The notes under the pieces are model-generated. The model saw only the letters and a list, made by a program, of their open reading frames with translations, was not told where the DNA came from and did not search any database. DNA of 37,116 nucleotides from Octopus bimaculoides (Eukaryota). Made by a program: the position numbers and the translations under genes. How positions within the stretch are numbered: position 1 is the stretch's first letter; the number at the start of each line of letters is the position of its first letter. This document shows positions 12,428 through 24,809 of the stretch, in pieces. The stretch lies in NCBI RefSeq assembly GCF_001194135.2, contig NC_068985.1, positions 82,795,202 to 82,832,317 of the forward strand, in the 5' to 3' direction.

Positions 12428-12470
<43 letters not shown>

Positions 12471-12942
12471 AATGTATATATATATATGTGTGTGTATAAA
12501 TAAATATGTATATATACTCACGCACACACATATATATATATACACATACATACACACATAAAAATTTATATACAATTTATATATATATGTATATATATAT
12601 ATATATATGTATACCTATATAGTCATGTATATTATAAATATGAACATATATACATGTGTGTATACATACATGTGTACCTGTGTGTGTGTATATATATTCT
12701 TATATATATGTAAGCAATTATGTATGTGTAAATATATAAATATATATGTATATACACATAAATATATAAATATTTATACATGTATATATGTATGTACATA
12801 GACACATATATATGCATGCATGTATGTATATGAGAAATAGAAAAAAATACAAGAGAAACCAAAACAGAATAAAGAAAAAAAAAAACAATCCCAACCCTTA
12901 ACAAAACCCCTGAACAAAAAGCAAAAATGTTCGCCAATAAAC

Positions 12943-13123
12943 CTTAGCTAGGTCCCAAATTCTGCTGAACAAGCAAGCGTGAATAATTTTTGCGAGCTGA
13001 CTGAATACTTGCATTCTGACATTGATTCCAATGAAAGTACATATATTATTCAGTGGATTACCATTTGATAGCCACGTTAGCGTGAAAACTTCCAGTGCTG
13101 ATAATCTATGGGATCTGTAGCAC
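12943..13123 (-). CDS. Candidate internal exon (181 nt, phase 2 to 0)
   Basis: Acceptor tttttatatgccatatacatcag|G, then CYRSHRLSALEVFTLTWLSNGNPLNNICTFIGINVRMQVFSQLAKIIHACLFSRIWDLAK, then AAG|gtttat followed by a T-rich tract. The phase mismatch with 11295 could be resolved by an exon hidden in the N gaps. Confidence 0.5.
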
Positions 13124-13269
13124 CTGATGTATATGGCATATAAAAATTATTGTTTCTCACTCCCTTTATCATTCTCTGTTTCTTCCTGTCTTTCTCTGTG
13201 CATGTCTCTCTTTTTCTCTCATTCTATATCTCTTGCTCACTCTCTTTCATTGTATATTTCCTGCATTTC

Positions 13270-13309
<40 letters not shown>

Positions 13310-13779
13310 TAATGAAATACATATTTATATCTATATGTACACAGTGTTCTTTATCGTGCATGTGCATGTGTGTATACATGTTTATATCTATATATGTATG
13401 TATACACGCACATGCACGCGTGCACACACACACACACACATACACACATATATGTGCACACATACACCAATATATACACACACATTTATGTGTGCATGTG
13501 TGTGTATATATTTGAATACTGTTGCTTGTTATCATTGAAACTGAGTCAGCATATGGTTTTGTGGTCCTTGAGAATTGATGTTTACTTTATAGATTGGCCT
13601 GTAATGATCGAAAATCTCCTTCTATTATGTATAAGTTGTAAATTGCTTACCATCATCATTATCTGTTGTAGTAGTAGTTAAAAATTTCTTATAATTAATC
13701 ATCACTTTTGCTGATTATTATTACTATTGTATTCACCATTATCATTATAGTCCTTCTTTTTATTGTTATTACGTAGTGA

Positions 13780-13975
13780 AGGTGACAACATTGTTTTCAG
13801 TAGTGCTTGTTTGCCCATGGACAAGATATCTCAAGAACCGCTGGATGGATTCGGATGAAACTTTCAGGAATGTTTGGTTTCAGGACTGGCACAAACTGAT
13901 TAGATTTTGTAATCAATCCACTACTGGACAAGGGTTCTGGATTATATTTCTGTTTTTTTTTTTTTACTTCAATTT
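13780..13975. mobile_element. Unclassified interspersed repeat fragment (MITE-like)
   Basis: atctcaagaaccgctggatggattcggatgaaactttcagg resembles a common non-autonomous element as recalled. No second copy in this window. Confidence 0.4.
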
Positions 13976-14125
13976 TGAGAGCGGTTGGGTTCATTTTTAG
14001 TATTCTTGTTTGTGAGAGCAGTTGAGTTTATTTCAGATATTCTCATTTTAAAGATCATCTCTGGCTAATGGTTGAGAGGACATTGGTGTTTGCACTCTCT
14101 GAGTGCTCTTGTTATTATTATTATC

Positions 14126-14790
14126 AAGGTGGTGTACTGGCAGAATCGTTAGCATGCCATGCAAAATGCTTTGGTGCATTTCATCCGGCCTTACATTCTG
14201 AGTTCAAATTCCGCTGTGGTCAACTTTGCCTTTCATTCCTTTTGAAGTCAATAAATTAAGTACCGGGGTCGATTACATCGATTATCTCCTCCCCAAAATT
14301 TCAGGCCTTGTGCTTGTGCCTATAGTAGAAAGGATTATTATTATTATTATTATTATTATTTGGGCAGCAAGCTGGCAGAACCATTAGCGTTCATCCATCT
14401 TTACATTCTGACTTCAAATTTCACGAAGGCCAACTTTGCCTTTCTTTGTTTTGGTTTCAATGGATACCATTTGAGCACAGGGGTTGATGTAATCAGCTTG
14501 TCCCTTCCCCAAAAATTTCTGGCCTTGTGCCAGAATTTGAAATCAATATTATTGATATTAAGGCAGTGAGCTGGCAAAATCATTAGCAAGCTAGACAAAA
14601 ATGCTTAGCTGCATTTCATCTATTTTACACACTGACTTCAAATGCTGCCAAAGTCAACTTTGCTGTTCATCCTTATGAGAGTAATAAAACAAGTACCAGT
14701 TGAGCACTGGGGGGTCGATGTAGTCGACTTATACCCTCTCCCAAATTTGCTGGTCTTGTATCCTAATTTGAAACCGTTATTATTTATTCT
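14126..14790 (+). mobile_element. Three head-to-tail copies of a tRNA-head SINE (~14126-14360, 14361-14558, 14560-14790)
   Basis: Each copy has a variant of aagg(c/t)ggtgagctggcagaatc(g/a)ttagc, then gttcaaat or cttcaaat, then caactttgcc, then ccttgtgcc, and a (TTA)n-type tail. Confidence 0.9.
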
Positions 14791-14794
14791 TTTT

Positions 14795-15060
14795 ATCTTA
14801 GGTTTTGTTGTAACTCCTGGAGTCTTGCATCTATAGTGGACTTGCTACCTGCAGTCTACAGTACCGTACTATCTATTCTTTTCAACTATCTTCTACTTCC
14901 CTGATTATTCTGGCCATGCCAAGGAGGCAAACCTTTTGTAACAGTTCTACTGGGCACTCTATTCTAATTTTCTTTATATTCCTCTTGAAGCCTTCTGATA
15001 TGTCCCAAGGCCCAGCAGTAATTGGCACTATCTTCACCTTCTTCATTTTCTTTAACCATA
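14795..15060 (-). mobile_element. 3' end of a second R4/Dong-type non-LTR retrotransposon
   Basis: Reads MKKVKIVPITAGPWDISEGFKRNIKKIRIECPVELLQKVCLLGMARIIREV, matching the R4/Dong C-terminal motif LLQKxxLLGTARIxRxV. It abuts an (AAT)-type microsatellite. Confidence 0.8.
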
Positions 15061-15116
15061 TTATCATTATCATTATTATTATTACTATTATCATTATTAA
15101 TATTATTATTATTTTT

Positions 15117-15340
15117 AAGGTGGTGAGCTGGCAGAATCATTACCAAACCAACTAAAATGCTTAGTTGTATTCCTTCTGAGTTTATGTTCTGAATTCAAAT
15201 CCCACTGAGGTCGTTTTGCCTTTTGTCCTTTCAAGGTCGATAAAATAAATACCAGTTGAGCACTGGGATTAGTGTAATTGATTTAACCCCTCCCTCGAAA
15301 TTGCTGGCCTTGTGCCAACATTTGAAATCATCATTACCAT
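15117..15340 (+). mobile_element. Fourth copy of the same SINE; a partial fifth copy at ~16243-16372
   Basis: aaggtggtgagctggcagaatc, then gaattcaaatcccactgaggtc, then ttgctggccttgtgcc. Confidence 0.85.
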
Positions 15341-15354
15341 CATCATTATTATTA

Positions 15355-15895
15355 TTGAATGAGAGAGCAGTACATGCTTTGTTTAAGGATGCTGAATGAA
15401 CCATCCCCATTTCCAGAAGTGAATTATTCAAATCCCAAACAATTCCTCTCAACACATGGCTATGATGCTCCCCAACTACTTCTGCTCATGATCAGAGATG
15501 CATATATCTTCAGTCACCAAGGGTTAAGGTCAAGCAACTGACAAGATATTCTATAGCATTGAGCAGAATATTTGCTGTAGCCCATCTTTTATACCATGAG
15601 AAAACCTGTATATGATAACACTTCCAATCAGTTAAGATCAGAAACCATGAGAGCTGGTATTATCATTATTATTGAGTGAGAGAGCAGTGCATGCCATCAG
15701 AGTGACACTGGGTGAAAATATACAAAGCCTAGTATGCCATCAGGACTACCCATTTGATAAGGGTACACCAGGCACATGCATCACAATCATATGTGCCAAA
15801 CATGATCTCATATCAAGATAAACAGTGTATGACTTAGCAGGTGGGGCCCAGTTAGAATTTTCTTCTGGCCGAGTAGCCCATCCCACTCAAAAGGT
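15355..15895. mobile_element. Two adjacent fragments of one interspersed repeat family; a further fragment at ~20155-20295
   Basis: gagagagcagt(a/g)catgc occurs near 15360 and 15677. tgctcatga(t/c)cagagatgca...tcaagcaactgacaag...tgagcagaatatttgct is shared by 15480-15580 and 20190-20295. Confidence 0.7.
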
Positions 15896-16191
15896 NNNNN
15901 NNNNNNNNNNNNNNNNNNNNNNNNNNNNNNNNNNNNNNNNNNNNNNNNNNNNNNNNNNNNNNNNNNNNNNNNNNNNNNNNNNNNNNNNNNNNNNNNNNNN
16001 NNNNNNNNNNNNNNNNNNNNNNNNNNNNNNNNNNNNNNNNNNNNNNNNNNNNNNNNNNNNNNNNNNNNNNNNNNNNNNNNNNNNNNNNNNNNNNNNNNNN
16101 NNNNNNNNNNNNNNNNNNNNNNNNNNNNNNNNNNNNNNNNNNNNNNNNNNNNNNNNNNNNNNNNNNNNNNNNNNNNNNNNNNNCATTACTA

Positions 16192-16244
<53 letters not shown>

Positions 16245-16372
16245 TGAGTTCAAATTCTGCCAAAGTTGACTTTGCCTTTCATCATTTCGGGGTCAATAAA
16301 TTAATTTACCACTGTAATCAACTAGTTCCCTCCCACCAAGCTTCAAGCCTTGTGCCTTTAGTAGAAAGAATT

Positions 16373-16421
<49 letters not shown>

Positions 16422-16518
16422 CCACCATGCTTGGATGAGTGTTGTCTCTTCTTCTTCTTGTCTTTTATTTTCCACAGGTAGTCAATCATGTATGTTTTTA
16501 TCTCTTTTGTTGCATCAC

Positions 16519-16593
16519 ACATCATCTTTGATGGCTAAATTGACATTTGAATTGTTCAACATCATCAGTCCCCAAATCAATGACCTCTTTAAC
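16519..16593 (-). CDS. Candidate internal exon (75 nt, phase 2 to 2)
   Basis: gtcatgatttag|G, then LKRSLIWGLMMLNNSNVNLAIKDD, then GT|gtgatg. It links 18554 and 13123 in frame. Other open frames exist here, so the call is ambiguous. Confidence 0.3.
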
Positions 16594-17540
16594 CTAAATC
16601 ATGACATTACATTGGCCCTCCCAACAGGACAGCTTATTATATAACATACAACAAACTTATCTTATTCTAGAATCATTTCTTCTACTCAGCAAGCCAAACT
16701 AGATAAGCTATTAATCTTTTAAAAGCTTTAGTATCAATGTGTTTCTTTATTAATATTAGCTTACTACTTTGATTTCCCAATAGATAAGGACTCAAAGTTT
16801 CCTAAACCAGGAATTGCAAGTTCATATCTTCCCTTAGGTAGAGATAAGGACTAGAAGGGAATTTTATTTTTACTAATTGTCGTATCAAAGTAAGAAGAGT
16901 AGTGATACTGACCTTTTACAGTGGTAAGGTCAGTGAGAGCATTCTTGATGCAATGAGCCACAGAAAAATGTTAATTAATTATCAATTCTTGAAAAGAGAG
17001 GCAAGGGACATAACTCCAATATTGTAGTTAGAATTCTTTAGAAACAGAGGGTGCCACATGAGGATAGGATCTGGTTTCAGGACAAGGGGATTTAAATTCA
17101 GTCATTATTTTTTGCCTCATCACATTTGATCTTACTCCTACTTTCTTAAAGAGCATGGGCAATAAATTGCTCCAATGCACCAACAGAGTGCAGATTGTTC
17201 AGATAAACAGTATTTTCAATTTTTATCTCGAGTATGATAAGAAAAAGATAGCTACAACACGATAAAAGTCATTTTCTTCTGTTTTACATAAATGTATTAA
17301 TAATATTAATATGCCAATTTGTTCTTTATGTACGTACCTGTTGTGTGTTTCACACTTACTTCAAAGAAGTGAGTGGCAAAGCGAGAGAGAGGAAGACAGA
17401 GAGGAAGTAAGAAAGAGAGAGATTGAGAGAGAGAGAGAGCACAAAAAAGAGAGAAAGTGATAGAGTGAAAGAGACAGTGAGTGGTGATGGCGTTCGTTTT
17501 GTGTTTTTAAATGTTTATTACATCGCAAGAAAAGTAGATA

Positions 17541-17694
17541 CATAGATCAAAAGAAAAGTTGATACATAGATACATACACACATTGTTAAATTAAAAGCAG
17601 GAGAGAGGAGGGACACAGAGAAAGTGAAAGAGAGAAAGTGAGAGAGACAGTAGAGGCATAGATCCAAAGAAAAGTTGATACATAGATGCATAGA
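17541..17694. repeat. Local direct duplication of ~38 bp within GA-rich sequence
   Basis: catagatc(a/c)aaagaaaagttgatacatagat occurs at 17541 and 17657, each preceded by a gagagaaagtga...gagacagt motif. Confidence 0.85.
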
Positions 17695-17734
17695 TACAGC
17701 AAATATTAGATGTCACTTTTACTTTTCATTACCA

Positions 17735-17880
17735 CATGAGGATAAAATTAACTCGCAAGTGGCTGAGTACTCTACAGCCATGCATATCATTAACGTAGTT
17801 CTCAGGGAGATACAGCCTCACACAGAATATGACAAGGCTACAATTCATTTTGGCCAGCTGAGTGAACTGGAGCAAGACAA
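17735..17880 (-). mobile_element. SINE fragment; related copies at ~18190-18365 and ~34380-34530
   Basis: Shared motif aaattaa...tggctgagtactc(t/c)acag...gggagat...cacagaat(a/g)tgacaaggct. Confidence 0.7.
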
Positions 17881-18408
17881 ACCTTCAAGTAGTTGGAAGA
17901 AAAGGAAAATAGATCCTATATAGGGTCAGGAAAATCTTTTCAGTGATTAGGGTCTCTATGGGTGTTAATCCGGTCCTAACAGCAGCATTTGTGGGTGTCA
18001 CAGATCTAGAGGCTAAGCCCCCAGATAAACACTGATGCACAAGCTGTTGTTATCAAACTGAGTGCGAGTTAAGGGGGAATACACGATGGAATAGTAATTA
18101 TTTCATCTTAGCTTTCACTGCTTATACTAAACACAACATTTATGCCTTATGATATGGAACATTTCCTTTTCTTTCACTCATTTTAAAAAATGGCTCCCTG
18201 TCAGTTATGATGACAAGGTTTCTGTTTATCTGATCAACAAATAGTCTTTTCATAAAATTAATGCACAAATGGCTGAGTACTCCACAGACATTCATACCCT
18301 AAGGGAGATTCAGTCTCACACAGAATGTGACAAGGCTGGCCCCTTTGAATTACAGCTACAACTCATTTTTGCTAGGTGAGTGAATTGCAACAAGGTGAAG
18401 TAGAGTAC

Positions 18409-18537
18409 CTTCTTCTTCTTCTTCTTCTTCTTCTTCTTCTTCTTCTTCTTCTTCTTCTTCTTCTTCTTCTTCTTCTTCTTCTTCTTCTTCTTCTTCTTCT
18501 TCTTCTTCTTCTTCTTCTTCTTCTTCTTCTTCTTCTT
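18409..18537. repeat. Uninterrupted (CTT/GAA)n, ~43 units
   Basis: Directly visible. It produces the poly-E and poly-L ORFs in the track. Confidence 0.98.
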
Positions 18538-18553
18538 TCTGTCTCTTACTCAC

Positions 18554-18580
18554 TTTTGAAGAAATTGACCACAGTCAAAC
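18554..18580 (-). CDS. Candidate 27-nt micro-exon
   Basis: Near-consensus sites on both sides: ccactttttgttttccag|G and AA|gtgagt. The phase 2 to 2 frame reads FDCGQFLQ. Confidence 0.5.
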
Positions 18581-19031
18581 CTGGAAAACAAAAAGTGGGG
18601 CATCACCAGGTCTAAAAGATGTCCATAACATGTTTATATGCATGTCTTGACAGTGTCTTTACAACTTCATCAGAAGTTGAGGCCTCAAGGCAAAGCACTC
18701 ATAATGCATAAGAGAAGTTTATTTGACTAATGGAAATAAGCGAAACTGAAGTTTCTGCTTTTCCTGTGGATATTAATTCTTTTTTCGATTGTTTTAGTAA
18801 TTATTGAACACTACCTTAATGGATATAAGGGAATCAAAATGGTTACAAAAGACAATTGAAATGATGCTCACATTGAATCTAGCAATGAATTATTGTCTGC
18901 ACTTTTGGAAGAGGTCTTGTTCACAAGTGTACACTTTTCGATTGGACAAAGCTAAATTGACATTAACATTGCAACTGTCAATAACAATTGCATGAAATAT
19001 ATAAAGCAAGAAAGGAGTAATTGGCCTTTAC

Positions 19032-19144
19032 TGGATGCATGTAAGGAGATAGGTCAGAGACAGCTTTATGAAGTTGATATAAATAACATCATTTGAATAA
19101 TGAGTTAAGGCCAATGAAGTTCTCGTTCTGTAGATTGAGAATCC
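19032..19144 (-). CDS. Candidate internal exon (113 nt, phase 0 to 2)
   Basis: atatattcctcag|G, then GFSIYRTRTSLALTHYSNDVIYINFIKLSLTYLLTCI, then CA|gtaaag. It joins 18580 as CA+G=Q. Confidence 0.45.
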
Positions 19145-19760
19145 CTGAGGAATATATATATGATAGAACCATGTAAACAAAACAAAAATGTGCATATGTA
19201 TGTGTGTATGTACACACATCATATATGCATATCATACATATATATATGTGTGTATGTACACACACAGACACACACATTAATGGGTCAAGCTTGTTTGGAT
19301 TACATATATAACTGCATGTATATGTATATACACGTGTGTGTGTGTGCATGCTTGTGAGAGTAAATAAATGATGTTGAGAAGATTAAGGTTAATGTAAAAA
19401 AGCTTTTAAACCAAACTTGATTAGATAAAGGATAATACATAGGTAAATATAGACAAAATAGATAAATAAATGAAGATGCATAAAAATATTAAAAAAATAG
19501 TTGTTGCTATGGTTTTTGTTGGCATTTGACAAAGAATTTTATCTTTCAGTTTATAAATGTAGATTAAGACTGTTTGTCTTTTTGAGCATCTGTATGGAAA
19601 AGTTGTTGCTACTTGTAATTATATCTGTTTCTATCATTATTATTATGATGTGAAGAGTAGAAATGGTTAAGCATTTGACAGTATTTAGCAATGATTTTTG
19701 TTGTTCAGAGATCAAATTCTTTTGAGGTCAACTTTGTCTTTTATGCTTCTGCAGGTTTTT

Positions 19761-19880
19761 TTAACCCTTTAGCATTTAAACCAACCATATGCAGCCCAAA
19801 AATTCTACCTCTCACACTTGACCTCACATCATCAAAATATCAAGGTTACAAGTTAATGAAGGATTAATTCAAAACAGTGT
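19761..19880 (+). mobile_element. TTAA-CCC MITE left end
   Basis: ttaaccctttagcatttaaacc. Confidence 0.65.
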
Positions 19881-19909
19881 TAATAAAAAAGCATCACATT
19901 AGACAAAAC

Positions 19910-20150
19910 AATCATCATCATCCTTTAACATCCGTTTTCCATGCAGGCATGGGTTGGATGATTCAACCAGATTTGGCAAGCCAGAAAGCTACACTAGGTT
20001 CCAGTCTGATTTGGCTTGGTTTCTATGGTTGGATGCCCTTCCTAATGTCAACCACTTTACAGAGTATACTGGGTGCTATTAACTTGCCACTGGCACAAGC
20101 AATTTTACTTGGCACCAGAATGAGTGCTTTTAATGTGACACCGGCAATGC
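19910..20150 (-). mobile_element. SINE 3' half with (ATG)n tail
   Basis: catcatcatcctttaacatccgttttccatgcaggcatgggttgg is the reverse complement of the tail at 30590-30630. Confidence 0.85.
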
Positions 20151-20326
20151 TAAGGGGTTATGATACTCCCCCTCTACCTCTCTACCTCTGCTCATGACCA
20201 GAGATGCACATATTGTCAGCCACTAAGGGACATGCTCAAGTGGTTAAGATCAAGCAACTGACAAGCTGGTCTGAGATGTTGAGCAGAATATTTGCTCTAA
20301 CAATATTTCTGCTTCAACAACTCAAC

Positions 20327-20431
20327 CCTGAATCTGTCTGAAATGTAATGGAAAATAGGTCAGTTTCAGAACATTGACATCCATGTCATAAAACAAAGTT
20401 TGAAGGGAATAGTAGTCATCTCCTTTGATTT
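20327..20431 (-). CDS. Candidate internal exon (105 nt, phase 1 to 1)
   Basis: Strong acceptor ttttccatctgcttctacctag, then IKGDDYYSLQTLFYDMDVNVLKLTYFPLHFRQIQ, then G|gttgag. It does not join 19144 in phase. Confidence 0.3.
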
Positions 20432-20496
20432 CTAGGTAGAAGCAGATGGAAAACAATACTTACGGAACAAAGACAAAATAATTAAAATTTTGTTAC

Positions 20497-20586
20497 ATAA
20501 TGTTATTTTCTTCTTTTCTGCCATAGACCAGAAAGATAGGATTTAGAATAGCTTTTGATAGCCACTGATTTCTTTGAAAAATTAAA
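20497..20586 (-). CDS. Candidate internal exon (90 nt, phase 2 to 2)
   Basis: gtaattttccag|T, then LIFQRNQWLSKAILNPIFLVYGRKEENNI, then AT|gtaaca. Confidence 0.3.
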
Positions 20587-20986
20587 CTGGAAAATTACTG
20601 TGGTTTCAGTTAGCTCTTACAGACTCCTTTGCTTTCTATATGTTCTGCCTTTTTTCAGTGATTCTTGAAATGCTCAAACAAGCCACAGCAGTTGTGAAGT
20701 TTTCACACTAGAACTCTTTCTTTTCTTTTTTCTTAAGTCACCAAATCCACTAAGAGCTTTCATTTGTTAAACAAGTAATGACCATGGAAAGTTACACTGA
20801 TTCACTCACACTCATTAATATGATCACCATCAGTTTTGCATCTCTTTTTCCCATACTGGCATGGGTTAGACAAAAATTTGTTGAGGCCAACTTTCCTATG
20901 ATAGCATGCTCTTCCTACTATACATCCTCATTTGGTTTCCAAACATCTTTCTGTATAGTTCACAAACTGGTTCCATTCAACGTTAA

Positions 20987-21022
<36 letters not shown>

Positions 21023-21789
21023 TATGCAGTGGTAAAATTCAGCCAGGTTTGATAGATTTTATTATATAGTTCACCATTTACCAACTTTATTTTAATTTGT
21101 ACACTTGTTCCTCTCTATATTATTTTGCTTGTCCGAATTATTTGTCTTAGCTTATGATTTTCAAGCAAAATCATATTTAAAAGGTCAGCAGAATGGGAAA
21201 TTATTAGTGAAAAACCAAAAAGGAATCTTTTGCACTCAGTACAATGAAGGGAATAGAGTTACTTATGATGTTTTTAAGTGGAGTAATAAAGATTAAACAG
21301 GCACTGCATTAGAAGTATATTACTTTCTATCTGCTAAATATACATTTTTATTCTGTACATTGCTTAGTTCATTTTATATTTTAAGTATTGTGATACATTA
21401 AAGAAATTGCATCTCCATGAAGTAGACAGTTGACATATAAAGATTGTATCTTAGGTGATGATCATGAAATAAAAGAAAGTAATTAGTATATTTTATTTCT
21501 TTATTTATTTTAGAATTATATTTTTACTAAATTGAATAATGTTAGAGATTTCAAAAGAATGAAAACTGAATGATTGAGAGGCTTGTACTACAGATTTTTA
21601 TTAACAGTATTGTATTGTATTTCTCATTGGCATTATAGAAAAATGACTTTAAGTAGGGACTGCTTATGGGTGTGTGTGGGTGTGTCTTTGAAAAATGCAT
21701 ACTCACATTATGAAGTCAGTTTTTATTAAAATATATTTTATTTTTAAAAATTAATAAAATCTACAGACAGCATTTAATTTTATAATGAA

Positions 21790-22833
21790 CACCTGTTTTC
21801 AAATTCAGGAACATTCTGGTCCAGTTATTGTCAATGACAGAAAGCGCTGGAATAACAAATATCAAAAAATATTTCATTCAGTTTTTATGTATATTCTTTC
21901 TCTTAACTCATTAACTGTTGCTGGTTTTGTACTGTAAACTTTAACAGTATTCTTATCAGAAAAACTCTAATGGTGTTGAGGTCCAGTGAATATAGTGGGT
22001 ATTGTATTGAATCTCTCTGACCAATCTCCTCAAAGTAGGCCATTACATTACTGTGGTAGTGTGGAGGGCAACCACCCTGCTTGAAATCTTCAATGTCATC
22101 ATGAATGTTTGGCATAACGGATTGTCACATCAAGTTCAAGTATACAGGACAAGTTGCAGTATCATCGAAAAGGAGTCATCTGGTTAATCCTTTTGATGCA
22201 TCATACTGTGACACCCAGAAAATTGACATGACATTCCTCCATAACATACAGATCTTCAAGTCCCCAGTAGGTGTAGTTGTGGTAGTTAATTGAGCCATTT
22301 AATTTAAATGTAGCCTCATGACTCCAAACAATCTTTTTTGGAAAGTACTCTTCTACGCATCTTGCCAAATATCCCTCACAAAACCCCACTCTTGAATCTG
22401 GATCATTTTCATTCAGAGCATGAACTATCCTGAGGATTCAACTTTGCCAGTGACAGCCACTCAAAATTTGATGGAAGGTTGATTTTGAAATTCATATCTC
22501 ATGACCTTCTTGCTGCACAAAATTTTCTGGAACTTTGCCAATGCGTTCCTAGCACCCCTTCTTACTTTGTGGGTCTGTCTATATTTGCTGTCTTCTGACA
22601 CATTTCTTGTGGACATTCTGAACAGTTCCATATCCTTCATGTAGGTGGATTTGTTTAAAATTTCCACCTAAACTGTCTTTTCACTACATTTTCAAACTTT
22701 CAGTAACAGTTTATATTAAAGTTCCTTTACTCAAAACTTAGTCTAGCTCCTTCCATTCTTTCTAACAGGTTAAATCTTGAAAGAAATGTGAAGTAAGCTA
22801 TCAGCAATTAAAGTGTGTATACATTTTTTGGAA

Positions 22834-22840
<7 letters not shown>
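21790..22840 (-). mobile_element. Degraded Tc1/mariner-superfamily transposon
   Basis: [23 protein letters not shown] (consensus WSDEAxFxLNGxVNxHN), VNFLGVTV (VNLPGVTVW), FKQGGCPPHY (QQDGAPPHY) and SLDLN (SPDL). A probable 5' TIR, tagtgttccaaaaaatgtatacacac, abuts (TA)n at ~22838. Catalytic residues are mutated and no matching 3' TIR was found. Confidence 0.75.
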
Positions 22841-22893
<53 letters not shown>

Positions 22894-24228
22894 ACATATA
22901 TATAGTTTAGCAAACCTTCTGAGCGAAATTTGATAGATGGACAATCTGCAGAAGCTTGTATAACACACATATGCAGACATGTGCATGCACACATAAATAT
23001 GATGATCATCAATTTTTGCATGTTTTTCCGTGCTTGCATCACCTAGACAAATTCTTGTTGAGTCTCACTTTTTTTATGGTTGGATGCTCTTTCTGCCACC
23101 AATCCTTATCTGTTTTCCAAGTTATGTAATTTCATTCGGTTGTTCTTCACATTTCAAAACTGACAAAGCCACTAAAATTACAAGACTTTGGTTTACTGGA
23201 GAATGTAAACAAAGTCACCACTTTTGTTAAGTGTTTTTTTAATGAGAATGTAGAAACAACATTCACACATACATATACATACACACATAGACACACAGAT
23301 TGAGCTCCCTCATTGTTTCTATATATTGATTCCACTCAAATGGCTATGATCAATCTGAGGTTGTTAATAGAAGACACCTAATCTTAGAGCCATATAGTGA
23401 GACCAAACTTTAAATCACTTATTTGCAGAGTAAACTTTATAATCACACAGCAATATATGTATGTATGTGTGTGTGTGTGTATGTGCGTGTGTGTGTATGT
23501 GTGTGTGTATGATATGTAGAGCAATGTATATCAATGTGTGTGTGTGTGTATACTTCATGTTTCACATTGTTTTATGTATGCATGGTTGTGTAAGAGCCAT
23601 TATTTTTACAGCTGGATATCATTTCTGCTATTAAAACTGATCTGTAGTAATATTCCAGAACAATAATAATTATGTGTATAAGCCGTAGTAAAATGTGAAT
23701 TTATACAGGCCTAAACAACTCAGTCATGTTATGCTTTACACACATACCGCTACATAATATCAGTTTAAGTCTTTCTAGTGATTTTGACGGTAGTCTCGAT
23801 TCATATTTAAAAGTCATATTCGAAACCTGCAGTCACAGAATCTAGCAGTTTGATGTTGAGATCAGGGTTTCCCAAATAGGGTTTCTTGGTATTCTAGGGA
23901 TCTGTATTATCAGTTCTCTGGATTCCTAAAAGTCTGGAAGAAGTTACCAGGAATTTCATGAAAAATCACAGTAAATTGCATAATTATATGTTATTGCATT
24001 TTCAATCATTTTACTGCTTATTTCTACATTTGTAATTTTATAATACATGCATGGCATATTCAAAATCCCGATATTTGTATGCAGCAAGCAGACATTACAA
24101 GAGAAAAAGAATTAGCCTTTAAAATAGTGAAATGTAGAGGGATTTAATTTACACAAGTTCTTGATTATGACAAGACTTTAACCTCCATTGTGGTATTTCA
24201 TAGATTTAATACTGGCAGATCTTTCAAA

Positions 24229-24265
<37 letters not shown>

Positions 24266-24771
24266 NNNNNNNNNNNNNNNNNNNNNNNNNNNNNNNNNNN
24301 NNNNNNNNNNNNNNNNNNNNNNNNNNNNNNNNNNNNNNNNNNNNNNNNNNNNNNNNNNNNNNNNNNNNNNNNNNNNNNNNNNNNNNNNNNNNNNNNNNNN
24401 NNNNNNNNNNNNNNNNNNNNNNNNNNNNNNNNNNNNNNNNNNNNNNNNNNNNNNNNNNNNNNNNNNNNNNNNNNNNNNNNNNNNNNNNNNNNNNNNNNNN
24501 NNNNNNNNNNNNNNNNNNNNNNNNNNNNNNNNNNNTATGTGTGTGTGTGTGTCTGTGTTAGTTTTGTTTGCTAGGGTTAACCTATCTGCAGTTGGACAAT
24601 TGCTAAAATTGTCAAATATCAGCATGAAATTATTAGTTCTTCATTAACACCAATCATTCTGTCCTTAGAAGTCATTCTGTTACCAATGTGATATTGATTA
24701 CTCCCTTTCTTGTCCATTCCTTACACACATGTATATAATATGTGTGTGTTTATGTGCCTGTGATGTGTGTG

Positions 24772-24809
<38 letters not shown>

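Noticed and set aside
18356-18615. Poly-Glu and poly-Leu ORFs
   Set aside because: They arise from the pure (GAA/CTT)n tract and end inside a SINE fragment. There is no codon variation to suggest a coding homopolymer.
1833-20586. Horizontal transfer from a dicyemid parasite, suggested by the tiny introns
   Set aside because: The flanks and other introns are filled with host-type repeats, there is no homology evidence, and the tiny introns are themselves unverified.
21105-21296. 63-aa ORF with a hydrophobic N-terminus
   Set aside because: It has a TTG start, no recognisable motif and no donor site. The length is expected by chance.
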